Origin: Octopus vulgaris
Lineage: Eukaryota
Assembly: GCA_951406725.2 (NCBI GenBank)
Contig: OX597814.1
Span: 185,814,001 to 185,878,000, forward strand
Direction: 5' to 3'
Length of the DNA stretch: 64,000 nt
Shown here: one piece after another, positions 51,622 through 64,000 of the stretch
How positions within the stretch are numbered: the stretch's first letter is position 1
Layout of the letters: every line of letters begins with the position of its first letter
Program-made: the position numbers and the translations under genes
The notes under the pieces: generated by a model
The model's input: only the letters and a program-made list of their open reading frames with translations
Database searches by the model: none
What the model was told of the DNA's origin: nothing

Positions 51622-52623
51622 ACATAAGTATCTAGACACAGGCATCATAGAGACATTCAGAAGTTTACTTTGCAATTACTAAGTTCCTAGTTGGACCCCC
51701 TTTGAAAGGCATCTAGTGCAAGTGTCTTTAACCATAGCCTCGGGTCAACTCAGTATATTTGAGAATGAATGAATGAATGAATGGATGGATGGATAGATGG
51801 ATAGATGAGTGGGTGGGTGGATATAAATATTTAGAAAAAAATTGTGAAAATCTGGCTAAAAGCATATGTTCAGAATTTGTGATAGGAATGTCAACATATG
51901 GTTCTGCAATGTTTACAAAATGTTCTATTTTCCATAAAAAGAACCAAGCTTCATATGAAAGTTCTTGCTCATTACGTATTTATATTCTGTAACAATATAC
52001 CTTCTTCATACATTAACCCATATATGCCCATAAAAAAAATGAAGTCTTAAAGTTTCACAGTATTTAGATTAGACATTATGGTATGCTTTCATAATCTGGA
52101 AGAGAAGGACAGTATGCAACTGTTAGCTACAGATGTCGACTACCTACTGAACATTTCGTATGTTCAGTCAGATGCTTCCTGGCTGGTTCATGTCCACACA
52201 AGTTGGAGCAGGTTTTTCCAGGGATATATACGGGTTAGGATATTGGCAGAGTTATTAGAGCAGAGGATAAAATATTTTACAGCATTTGTTCTAGTTCTCA
52301 GTGTTCTGAGTTCAAATCTCACCAAATTTAACACTATTGATGCTAAACTGCCTGAGACTGACTCTGGCTCTGTATTACAAACTGCTTGTTTTAAAGCTGG
52401 ATGCCCTTCCTAATGCCAACCACTCCGAGAGTGTAGTGGGTGCTTTTTACATGCCACCGGCACGGGGGCCAATCAGGCGGAACTGGCAATGACCTCGGTC
52501 GAATCTTTTTGCACATACCACCGGCACTGGTGCCAGTAAGGCGACGTTGGTAACGATCACGCTCAAATGGTGCCCTTTTACGTGCTACCGGCACGGAAGC
52601 CAGTTAGCTGCTCTGGCAACAAT

Positions 52624-52660
<37 letters not shown>

Positions 52661-52665
52661 GTATG

Positions 52666-52696
<31 letters not shown>

Positions 52697-53602
52697 ATGT
52701 ATGTACATATATTTTATTTCTTTTACTTGTTTCAGTCATTTGACTACGGCCATGCTGGAGCACTGCCTAGTACTTATTCTATTGCTTTCTTTTGCAGAAT
52801 TGCTAAGTTCTGGGTACGTAAACACAAAAGCATCGGTTGTCAAGCATATATATATATATATACAATCAGCTTCTTTCAGTTTCCACTTACCAAATCTACT
52901 CACAAGGCTTTGGTCAGCCTGACGCTATAGTAGAAGACACTTGCCTAAGGTCCCAATGTAAAGGGATCAAACTGAAAAGTACATAGAGTGGAGCAAACTT
53001 AACTACACAGTCATGTGTGCATCAGCAACATCCGCCATATGTTTAGTTGAGTGACCTGCTAAAATTAGTAGCTAAATCTCTGCCTTCAGAAAAGAAAGGC
53101 ATTAGGTAACATGGTCAAGAAAAAAAAGACACAAGAATGCCAAGGCTAGCATGTCTTTCATGATAGGGTTGCTTATTAACAAGTGACTTAGGACTAAGCA
53201 GTAACAACTAAAGGGATAGTGAACCCACAGAGGGGCCTCTAACAGTCACTCGACCTGCTAAAAATAGCACCCAAATCTCATTCAAATAACACACATCTAT
53301 CATTTTAAGAAAACAAAAGGTGGCATCATTGGAAAATAATGACAGCATGTCCATGAGGGGATCTGCTTATAAAATCCAGCACTACCACAGTAGATTTGTT
53401 TATATTACACATCACTACCACAGCAGACCTGATCATAGTATACAACTCTACCACAAGAGATCTGCTCATATTACGCAATAGTAGCAGAGTAGAGCTGCTT
53501 AAACTACACGACACAACTGCACAGATCTGGAATAACAATAATATCAACGACTCCAGGAAGTGACAGAAGGAAGCTTCTCACTTTAACTCTTTAAGACAAA
53601 TA

Positions 53603-54071
53603 TTGGGTTGTCCGGAAAGTTCGTGCCGATTTTTAAAGGAAAGAAAAAGGTCAATAAATACTTGCCATTACATTTTTAATCAACCAAATATGAACCATTT
53701 TGTTGCACAATGCATCTCCATATTTCTTTTAGCTTGAAAATACATATTTCTTTATTACCCACAAGGGGCTAAACATAGGGGGGACAAACATAGGTATTAA
53801 GTCGATTACATCGACCCCAGTGCGTAACTGGTACTTAATTTATCGACCCCGAAAGGATGAAAGGCAAAGTCGACCTGGGCGGAATTTGAACTCACAACGT
53901 AACGGCAGCCGAAATACCGCTAAGCATTTCACACAACGTGCTAACGATTCTGCCAGCTCACCGCCTTCATCATTAGCTTGAAAATACCATCTTCCCAGAA
54001 CTGAGGTGCCAGGGAGGGTAAGTCGAAAGGTAAGCTACTATAAATCGGCACAAACTTTCTGGACAACCCAA
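53603..54071 (-). mobile_element. Mariner MITE (larger deletion) with nested SINE B (53744-53972)
   Basis: TIRs and TA TSDs; the SINE has a 15-bp TSD ttagcttgaaaatac (53729-53743, 53973-53987). Confidence 0.9.
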
Positions 54072-54804
54072 TAGTTTAATCCAATTGTTGCTTAGATCCA
54101 GGTCAACCTAGATCAAGCAGACATAATCAAAGACATTCCAACCATGATCATCCTGTCATGTTCTTATACACAGAGAACCCAAAGCCACATTATCTAGTGT
54201 GGATTTAAAAATTTTTTTTTTTGTTTTGAGACAGCAGCATTTAATTTGAGAAAGATTTGGCTGTTATTTCCAGAGGCTACCTCCTTGGTTTGGCTACTAT
54301 GGTTATGCCAATAATGATAAAAGTACAGAAACTGATCCTGTTTTATCTTCCTGCTACGAATTCCAACTCCCTTAATCACCCTGACCACTCCCATTCTACT
54401 GCCCCCTATGGAGTTAATAGATGAGTTCACCTGTTGATGAATATCTCTGATCTTGAAAAGGTCATGGTAATTAGCAGTATTTACCAAACTATGCCACAGA
54501 ATAGATAAATATTTATACTTCATCTCATCTTCAATTACACATATCCATTCACACACATGCATACGTGCATGAACAAACTTTCACCCACACATACACATAC
54601 ATGATTGTGCACATTTTCACATACGCATGCACATTTTCATAGACACAATCAAGCACATGCAAACATACTATTGTGTATATACACATACAAAACCACACAC
54701 AAACATACATGTCAAAATATGCATACACATATGCACAGAGATACGTGCACATTTGCAAATGTATACACACACATTCACACAAATACGCATATACATATAT
54801 CTCT

Positions 54805-55205
54805 TTTCTCTTTTCTCTTTTTACTTGGTTCAGTCATTTTGACTGCGGCCATGCTGGTTCACCGCCTTTAATCAAGCAACTCGACCCCGGGACTTATTCT
54901 TTGTAAGCCCAGTACTTATTCTATCGGTCTCTTTTGCTGGGACATAAACACACCAGCATCGGTTGTCAAGCAATGCTAGGGGGAAAAAAACAGACACACA
55001 AACATACACACACATACATATATATATATATACATATATACGACGGGCTTCTTTCAGTTTCCATCTACCAAATCCACTCACAAGTCTTTGGTCAGCCCGA
55101 GGCTATAGTAGAAGACACTTGCCCAAGGTGCCACGCAGTGGGACTGAACCCTGAACCATGTGGTTGGTAAACAAGCTACTTACCACACAGCCACTCCTGC
55201 GCCTA
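54805..55205 (-). mobile_element. SINE family A
   Basis: Consensus match. Further copies lie at about 52715-53015(-), 57995-58405(-), 59878-60335(+) and 45157-45535(+). Confidence 0.9.
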
Positions 55206-55227
55206 TATATATATGTGTGTGTGTATG

Positions 55228-55258
<31 letters not shown>

Positions 55259-55789
55259 ATAAATTAGAATCTTGCAAACCAAATCCAAAAACGAAATATA
55301 TATAATTACACATTTACATATATTCACATATTCACACACATAAACAAGCACATACTTACACACACATAAACACATGTAAACACACATAACTGTACACATA
55401 CACAGGCAAACATATGCACACACACACACAAATATGTATACATACAAAAACATATGCACAACATATGCAAAACCAAATGGAGCAGCCCCAGTCAATGAGG
55501 GATTTGGTGCCATCTCTGACCAAATACAAGCTCGAAAGAACAAAATAGTTCTTTGGGAATTTTCGTTTAGCAGTGCTTAGCTGTCTTCTGGTTTGTCTGT
55601 GCCAGTATGTTTGTAGTTGCAGTGTGGTGCACATGTGCCAGTGCATGTATTTGTCTTTCTGCATCAGTCTGTATATGTGTCATCATCATCATCACCCTCA
55701 TCATCATTTTGCTTTGAAGTTTTGGCACAAGTCCAGCAATTTTTGGAGGTTTGGGGAAAGAAAGGTTGATTACATCAACCCCGGTGCTC

Positions 55790-56790
55790 ATCATCATCAT
55801 CATCTTTTAATGACTGTTGTCCATACTGGCATGAGCTGGACGGTTTGACCAAGGCTAGTAAGCTGATGGGCTGCACTAGCCTCCAGTCTGATTTGCTATG
55901 GTTTCTATGGCTGAATGCCCTTCCTAACACTAACCACTTTACAGAGTGTAATGGGTGCTTTTACACGTCACTGGCATGGGTGTCAGTCGTGTGGCACCAG
56001 TATCTGCTACAACTATGGTTTAACTTGGTTTGATGGGTCTTCTTCTTAAGCACAGCATATTCCAAAGATCTTGGTCATTTGTCATCGCCTCCATGAGACC
56101 CAACACTCAAAGGTGCTTTTTACATGCCATCAGCACAGGTACCAGTTATGTGACACTGGCAGTGGCCACATTGTCTCCATGAGACAGGTGGTGCTGGATG
56201 TCTCCATGAGGCCCAATGCTCAATAGGGGCTTTTTACATGCCACCAGCATGGGTGCCAGATGCCCCCATGAGACCCAACACTCAAAAGGTACTTTTTACA
56301 TGATACCAGAACAGATGCATCATCTGGAACACTGACATCAGCCGCATTGCTTCCATGAGGTCCAACACTCAACAGGTGCATTTTATGTGCTGCCAGCACA
56401 GTACCTGGTATGTGACACCAGCATCAGCCATGACTGTTATTTCCTTTAGCTTGGTGGGTCTTCTCAAGCATGGCATATCACCAAAGGTCTTGGTTACTAG
56501 TCATTGCCTCCGTGAGGCCCAATTTTCAAAGACCATGCTTCACCACCTTGTCCCATGTCTTCCTGGGTCTACCTCTTCCACAGGTTCCCTCCATGGTTAG
56601 AGATCAGTACTTCCTTAGACAGCTGTCCTCGACCATACCATGACCATACCAGTGCAGTCATCTCACTTTCCCACCACATCTGATGCCTCTTATGCCCAAC
56701 TTTCCTCACAAGACACTAACACTCTGTCATACATACACACTAACATAGAACACTCAACAAAGCATGCTCACTTCATTTCTTTCAATCACT
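55790..56790 (-). mobile_element. Older RTE subfamily 3' fragment (ORF C-terminus + repeat-rich 3'UTR)
   Basis: Minus strand of 56520-56620 encodes EGTCGRGRPRKTWDKVVKH-like sequence; GAT tail at about 55790. Confidence 0.8.
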
Positions 56791-56937
56791 ATTGATACTT
56801 AATTTACAAACCTAGAAAAGATGAAAGACAAAGTCAACCATTGAACTCAGAATGTAAAGACAGATAAAATGCTGCAAAACATTATACCTAACAATTCTGC
56901 CACCTTTATCATCATATCATTTTAACATCCAATGTTC

Positions 56938-56982
<45 letters not shown>

Positions 56983-57203
56983 TAATCAAAGTGTATATTA
57001 TTGTATATCTATTATGGCTGATCTTACCAAATGGTTTTGCACTAGGGGTTCAACAGAGTATTAGGTAACAGCCCGATTATGCAACATTGCGCTCTTCAGA
57101 GGTAGCCAATATGGAATGAAATATGGCAGCAAGTGCATTTTCTCCTGACTTATGGACTCTTAAATTACACACACACACACACACACATACACACACACAT
57201 ACA

Positions 57204-57253
<50 letters not shown>

Positions 57254-58480
57254 TGTGTATATGTACATCATGATCATCATGTAATGTTCACTTTTTTATG
57301 TTCACATGGGTCAGACAGAATTTGTTAAGGCAGATTTTTCTGCAGCCTGATGCCTTTCCTGTAGCCAACCCACACCTATTTCCAAGTGAGGTAATATGAC
57401 CAAACATATTTTCACCATTACAGAATAGAGCTTCACCATAATTTGAAACCATTATCAAGTGATAATACAACACTCTAGTAACTAGAGTTTAGTTTATTAA
57501 CATAAATTGAACACTAACAACATTTCATGGCTCTAGTTATAATAAAATATACTACCTATATTTCAATTAATTTTTAATGCAATCTGGAATTTTAAAAGGC
57601 TTTAGTAAAATAATTAATTTTATTAATTTATTCAAACATTAAACTGTTATTTGGAACACAATGGAATTGTTCGTGCATAAAATCGTGATGGAAGATTTTC
57701 AATTTAAATACTGAATATTTTAAAACAGGTTGTCTCAGGTGAGTCTACATCAAATAGATTAATTCACCTGTACATGGTTTCTGAAAAATTTAATAGGTTA
57801 AGAGTCACAGACCTGAGATATTTTACATTTATTCTTGTTGCCAGTGGATCAGACCATGTCAAATAAAATTGTAACACTTTATAAATGGTACTTAGCATTC
57901 TGAAAAACATGGAACTACTTGCCCAACTTCAGGTAAGCTTCATTGAACAGATCTATAACCAAAGATGTTCCGGTGGTGACCAACCTCTCTTTTTTCTTTT
58001 ATCCTCTTTTACTTGTTTCAGTCATTTGACTATGACCATGCTGGAGCACCACCTATAGTCGAGCAAATCGACCCCAGGACTTATTCTTTGGAAGCCTAGT
58101 ACTTATTCTATCGGTCTCTTTTGCCGAGCCACTAAGTTATGGGGATGTAAACACACTAGCATCAGTTGTCAAGCAATGTTGGGGGGACAAATGCAGACAC
58201 ACAAACATATACACACACACACATGTATATATATATATATATATATGACAGGCTTCTTTCAGTTTTCATCTACTAAATCCACTCACAAAGCTTTGGTCGG
58301 CCCGAGGCTATAGCAGAAGATATTTGCCAAAGGTGCCACGCAGTGGGAATGAACCCTGAACCATGTGGTTGGTAAGCAAGCTACTTACCACACAGCCACT
58401 CCTATGCATATATAAAAAAATTTTCAGAATGAGACAAAAATCCAAGGCTGTGTAGATTTTAGAACATTTATAAATAGAAG

Positions 58481-58528
58481 GTCTTACAGCTGTTTCCGGG
58501 ATATTTTATATATCCCTTCATCGGAGAC
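58481..58528 (-). ncRNA. Minimal type I hammerhead ribozyme motif (Penelope-type)
   Basis: gtct-CCGATGA-a-gggatat-ataaa-atatccc-g-GAAAC-agct-GTA-agac: stem I 4 bp, stem II 7 bp, palindromic stem III; U4C core variant. Confidence 0.65.
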
Positions 58529-58938
58529 GGTGTGAGAAAATGGTTAAGCAATAGTTATATACGCATATATAAACATACATAAATATACATACACTTATAT
58601 ACACAAACACACAGGTACACACACGCACACATGCACACACACACATGTACACATATACATGCACACACATACATATATCACCATTGTTATCATTTTAACA
58701 TCTATTTTTCCAAGCTCGCATGGGTCAGATGAGATTCACTGTGATAGCTTTTCTACATCCAGACGCTCTTCCAGTTACAAACCCTCAACTGTTTACAAGC
58801 AAAAGTAATATTTTCCCCTAAATCAGTTATCTTTCCATGGAAGATTGCAAACAAACAACACTGACTGCATGCCATGATATTTCATTCACAATTAGTGTAA
58901 GATACCAAGACAAGGGATTAGAAACACATACATGTAAA

Positions 58939-59315
58939 TCTCTCTATATATAAAGCTGAAGTTGTCTGTGTATGGCACGTTTGGTAGCCTTCAACTAACA
59001 CTATCTCCTCCGAGACCCTGTGGCGCAAGTTGACCAAAATTGAGAGTATGAAAGAAGAAGGCTTCCTTCTGTAGAAGATAAAATTCAAATCGGACCATGT
59101 TAAGACCAAAAATTATTTACATCAAAAAGGTGCTTTTTTTCTATGAAGATCCCTATTTTTTACGATATTTTGACTGCTGTGTCGCCATTTTTCGCTGTAT
59201 TTCAACCAGAAAAATGTTCACTTAAAGAGAATAACAAGCTACATAATGCAAAATTTTTATTTTTCAAAAATTCCAATTTTAAAGGGTCGAAAAAGACCTG
59301 AGCAACTCCGGGCAA
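58939..59315 (+). mobile_element. Non-autonomous Helitron
   Basis: a|TCtctctatatataaa 5' end and 3' GC hairpin-like cctgagcaactccggg; the terminal CTAG is missing, replaced by the next element. Confidence 0.55.
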
Positions 59316-59852
59316 TACCTTGATATACAAGTAGATTTGTTCCTGGAGACTGCTCAAAGTGAAAACTCGTAAAGCAGAGCCGTATTCCCATAGTAGTAAT
59401 GTTATAAATCACAATTCATTCCCAGGAAGATATTTTACCTATAAAATCCATAATACACGTAAATAAATGGCAATAAAACAACAGTAGAATGTAAAGAATA
59501 TTTTATGTAAAGCAAAAAGAATGTCAAGATCATTTATGATAAAAAATATTATTATTATAATCATTTTCTGAATGACTTTCACTAGCACTTGACTCACAAG
59601 CACCATCGCTTGTAGACACGACTGCTGATTCATAAGCACTTGAAGACAGACTTGTAGATTTCTTTTCAAAAAACAAATCTAGAGTTGTTTGCTTAGAAGA
59701 AGCTATTTTTCACTCAGTAACACAGAGAAGTATTTGTTATGGTAGTAGAAACTTTTGCACTTCGTTCAAATTTTGGATCTTGTGCTTGAAAAATAAAACT
59801 CGTAAACTTGGGGTCCCGCAAAGTGGGTCCTTATAAAGTGAGGGTATTACTG
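59313..59852. mobile_element. Tigger/pogo-like MITE remnant
   Basis: Right end ataaagtgagggtattactg; left end caataccttgatatacaag is a degenerate inverted match. Confidence 0.45.
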
Positions 59853-60050
59853 TGTGCATATATATATATATATATATAGGTGCAGGAGTGGCTGTGTGGT
59901 AAGTAGCTTGCTTACCAACCACATGGTTCAGGGTTCAGTCCCACTGCATGGCACCTTGGGCAAGTGTCTTCTACTATAGCCTCGAGCCGACCAAAGCCTT
60001 GCAAGTGGATTTAGTAAGTGGAAACTGAAAAAAGCTCGTTATATATGTGC

Positions 60051-60126
<76 letters not shown>

Positions 60127-60509
60127 TTGTGTGTCTGTGTTTGTCCCCCAGCATCGCTTGACAACCGATGCTAGTGTGTTTGAGTCCCCGTAACTTAGCG
60201 GTTTGGCAAAGGATAACAACAGAATAAGTATTAAGGTTACAGAGAATAAGTCCTGGAGTCGATTTGCTTGACTAAAGGCAGTGCTCCACCATGGCTGCAG
60301 TCAAATGACTGAAACATATAAAAGAGTAAAAGAGTATATATATATATGTATAATTTTACCCTTATGGGGCTATCTTTTACTGGAGAGTAATTTGTATTGC
60401 ATTATTATTTTCATTGAAACTTCTTCACTGTTCTCGTTCTGTTAATGTTATGGCATTCAGGCGAGTGTACTGGCATTGATGTGGCAACATTTGAAATTTT
60501 GTCTAGGTA

Positions 60510-60582
60510 AATGCAGCTGATGAAGACTAATCAAATTTACGTTGTCAAACGTATTTGAAGAGTTAGAAACCAGTCCCGCATT
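60510..60582 (+). ncRNA. Type I hammerhead ribozyme motif in a ~420-bp Penelope-like fragment (60350-60770) between (TA)n tracts
   Basis: aatgcag-CTGATGA-a-gact..tcaaat.tacgtt-loop-aacgta.tttga..agtt-a-GAAAC-ca-GTC-ccgcatt; predicted cleavage after 60575. Confidence 0.7.
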
Positions 60583-60764
60583 ATCCGATTCTAGGTTGTC
60601 CATTTATCGAATGTTCTTTCTAGAGGTAAGACAAATTTTTTTCTTGTTTGTTGCACACACACGTCTTTGCTAGTATATACGCAGTGAAGCTATACAATAG
60701 CGTCGTATTTATATCGACTACTATTTTCTAGTAAATATTGGTGCCTTGTTGTACCATTTATCTA

Positions 60765-60865
<101 letters not shown>

Positions 60866-60968
60866 ATTGATTCTAGTTTCAGCTCATGAGCTGTGGCCAT
60901 ATATATATATATATATTCCATTCAATTATATATAATTCTCCATTCAAGAGAAATAAAAAATAGCAGTT

Positions 60969-61375
60969 AACAAGAAAAGCACTCAGAGAGCGCAGACCTC
61001 TGCCAAGCAGCTCATTTTAAGATAGATACGCAAGTAAAATTACTAATAGAGAAATGAAAATAAACTTTGGAAACAACAACGCCACCATAGGTTATGTGGA
61101 AACGATGAACATATTTTCAAGGAAGACAATCAAAGAACGTAACATTGTAATACTTCATGTAAAGTAAACATAACAAATGAAAAATCCTTCAAGAATCCAT
61201 AAAAATTTCCGGATCACTACCAAAATTTTATCATCTGTTTCTTGTGTCATTACCAACTTTTCCTGCTAGTTTCATCAAATACCATTCACAACTTTTTGAG
61301 TTATTTTGCACACAGACGGACAGACAGACAAACCAACGCTGATGAAAACATAACCCGCTTCCTTGGCAAAGGTAA
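60969..61375 (-). mobile_element. Helentron-associated interspersed element (HINE/DINE-1-like)
   Basis: Subterminal inverted repeats acctctgccaag (60996-61007) / cttggcaaaggt (61362-61373), a (GTCT)n block near the 5' end, and a 3' hairpin gcgctc-tct-gagtgc. Confidence 0.75.
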
Positions 61376-61715
61376 AAATGTCCAGAAGAGGCCATTGTTT
61401 ATTTATTACACTCTAAGATGCAAGCATGGACACAAATTGCTGAAACATCACAAAGGCAAGAAAGAAGAACTTGATATGACTGCACACTGATCAAAAACTG
61501 AATATTCTATGTGTATTCTCTGTTTACCTTAAACTATTAATTATTTCTTATATATCAAAAAGAATGAAGTCTCTATAGGGACAACTGGATTTTCAGAAGT
61601 GAAAAGTACTAAGAATGGTCAAACTAACCAACCACAAATATTAGTACAAAAGCGCTCAAACAAAAACCAGAATTATCAATCGATAATAGCACAAAACTGG
61701 TGCTTGCTTGGATAA

Positions 61716-61955
61716 CATCATCATCATCGTTTAACGTCCGCTTTCCATACTAGCATGGGTTGGACGGTTCAACTGGGGTCTGGGGAGCCCGAAGGCTGCA
61801 CCAGGCCAGTCAGATCTGGCAGTGTTTCTACAGCTGGATGCCCTTCCTAATGCCAACCACTCCAAGAGTGTAGTGGGTGATTTTATGTGCCACCGACACA
61901 GGTGCCAGACGAGGCTGGCGAACGGCCACGATCGGATGGTGTTTGTTACGTGCCC
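61716..61955 (-). mobile_element. RTE 3'UTR fragment
   Basis: Near-identical to 23240-23430 on the opposite strand. Other fragments lie at 21686-21850(+), 21860-21957(-), 46700-46960(+) and 52395-52622(-). Confidence 0.88.
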
Positions 61956-62009
61956 GCCCACAGCACATATCCCCACAAAATTTTTTGTTTCAAGAAATTT
62001 TTTGCAAAC

Positions 62010-62202
62010 AGGCCTACTTGTTTCAGTCATTTGACTCCAAACAAATTGACTCCAGAACTTATTCTTTGTAAGTCTAGTACTTATTCTATCAGTCTCTTTG
62101 CCAAACTGCTATGTAACAGGGGCATAAACACACCAGCATCGGTTGTCAAGTGATGGTAGGGGAAACAAACACAGACATACAAACATGCACACACATATAT
62201 AT

Positions 62203-62235
<33 letters not shown>

Positions 62236-62717
62236 CAAATACAAGATAAGAAAATGGAGAAATGCATCTAAATCAAATATCAATTACCAGATAATACTCA
62301 ATCACATACTTTATTAAACCACCACATAAGAGACTGTAGGGTTAAACATAAAAAAGCAGAACAAATCAGTGTACATAAAGGAATGTACATAAAAAAGTGT
62401 ACATAAAAGAGTAATGTTGTATAATAAGTAGAATATATATAAAAAAAGAATATACATATAAGTAAATATAAATATAAGTATAGATTGGATATATGTTATC
62501 CCATGGAGGGTTGCATTTACAACCCCTATCTCAATTTGTATACATACAAATATATATACGACAGGCTTCTTTCAGTTTCCATCTACCAAATCCACTCACA
62601 AGGTTTTGGTCAGCCTGAGGCTATAGTAGAAGACACTTACTGAATGTGCCACGTTGTGGGACTGAACCCAGAACCATGTGGTTGGTAAACAAGCTACTTA
62701 CCGCACAGCCATGCCTG
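62010..62717 (-). mobile_element. SINE A split by a ~300-bp AT-rich insertion (about 62240-62545) in its central (TA)n
   Basis: 3' half at 62010-62215 and 5' half at 62555-62717. Confidence 0.8.
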
Positions 62718-63925
62718 ATGATAATGATGATGATGATGATGATGATGATGATTGCCTCATCTTGTCAGATGATAGCCATCTTAAATAAATGTTAGTGAGA
62801 CATCTCTGTAAGTCGCTGGATTTAAGCAACAAATGCTTGTACAACACTTTTACTACTCTTTCAGGACAACAATATTACCTGGCTTGAAAACAGATGATAG
62901 TCAGTGACTGGAAGAGCATCCAGTCATACAAAATCTACATCAATGAATCTTACCTGACCTATGTGATCATCAGAAAAAAAAAAGTAGATGTAAAAACGGT
63001 GATGATGATGATGATGATGACGACGACGACGATGATGATGACCATGATGATGATGGTGGTGGTGATGGTGGTGGTGGTGGTGATGTTGGTGATGATGATG
63101 ATGATGACGACGACGATGATGATGATATACTTTCTAAAATCAAATGAATGTAATACCCAAGTCTTTTATATATGTTCTTTTTTTCTTATTGATGTCTGTG
63201 AAACCATAAAAATTCAGAAAACCAATATTTTTTTAAGTTCAACTTCACAACAAGAGATTTTTTTATTCATAGATATTTTTTTTTTTTGTATTTCATACTT
63301 AGAAAGATAGAATAATGTTTTTGTTGTTGATTTTTTTTTCTTTTCTTCTTTTTTTTTTTTTCGTTTAATCTACAGAAAGAAGTTCTTATATTATATGGTG
63401 AAAGAAGCAGAAAAAAAACAATTTCTTAAAACAATAACTGTCAGAAACATTTATTCTTTGAAGACTTAAATAATTGGTGGCATTTTGATGATATTGTGTC
63501 CCCTGGCCTTTCGGGATGGGGTGGGGTGGAGTGGGGGGCGGGGATTTTTTTTTTTTCCTTTTCTTTTTTTACCTTTCCTACATGTTTGATTTCTGATTTA
63601 GACTTCTGCAATGATTTTTCTGTTTTATGTGGTTATATATAATTTCAAATTACATGTACTTTCTAATTTAAACATTTATTCTCAGGAAATAAGAAAAAAC
63701 AAAAAAAAACATAAAAAAGAAAACGAAATCAGAACTAAATAAATTTATATGCTATGGTATGTCTGCCTGTTTCTTTGTAATGGAATCACTTGAAATAATT
63801 TCCTTTCTTTGGTTCAAATATGTGGAGGATACAATTGGGAATAAAAGAAAAACAGGCATGTCTACTGGTATTCTATACATTAAAGGAATTTGTATATTAT
63901 GATAACTGTGTGTGTGTGTGTATGT

Positions 63926-63963
<38 letters not shown>

Positions 63964-64000
63964 TATGTGTGTGTGTATGCAAGGTATAATATGATTAACT

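Overview
This is repeat-saturated, AT-rich eukaryotic DNA, probably intronic or intergenic. The SINE/LINE/microsatellite mix looks like a coleoid cephalopod (Octopus-like), but that assignment is an inference from repeat style. I can support no intact host protein-coding gene, tRNA, rRNA or CRISPR array, and almost all ORF-track entries are microsatellite translations. What I can support: (1) a near-complete, lightly decayed RTE-clade LINE (47619-50689) with a C4HC3 PHD finger inside its RT domain, plus about a dozen 5'-truncated 3'UTR copies; (2) three families of R4/Dong-type RLE-endonuclease LINE remnants, including a 4.4-kb fossil; (3) several tRNA-derived SINE families (>30 copies); (4) mariner, hAT, piggyBac-like, Tigger-like, Helitron and Helentron-type (HINE) non-autonomous elements, often nested. 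The most interesting signals are a dispersed set of minimal hammerhead-ribozyme motifs in Penelope-like termini near (TA)n tracts, an apparent pairing of each retroelement family with its own microsatellite class, covarying 3' stem-loops linking SINE tails to candidate partner LINEs, and several fold-back palindromes. Coordinates were counted by eye; repeat boundaries are approximate (about +/-10-20 bp) unless a TSD or TIR is quoted.
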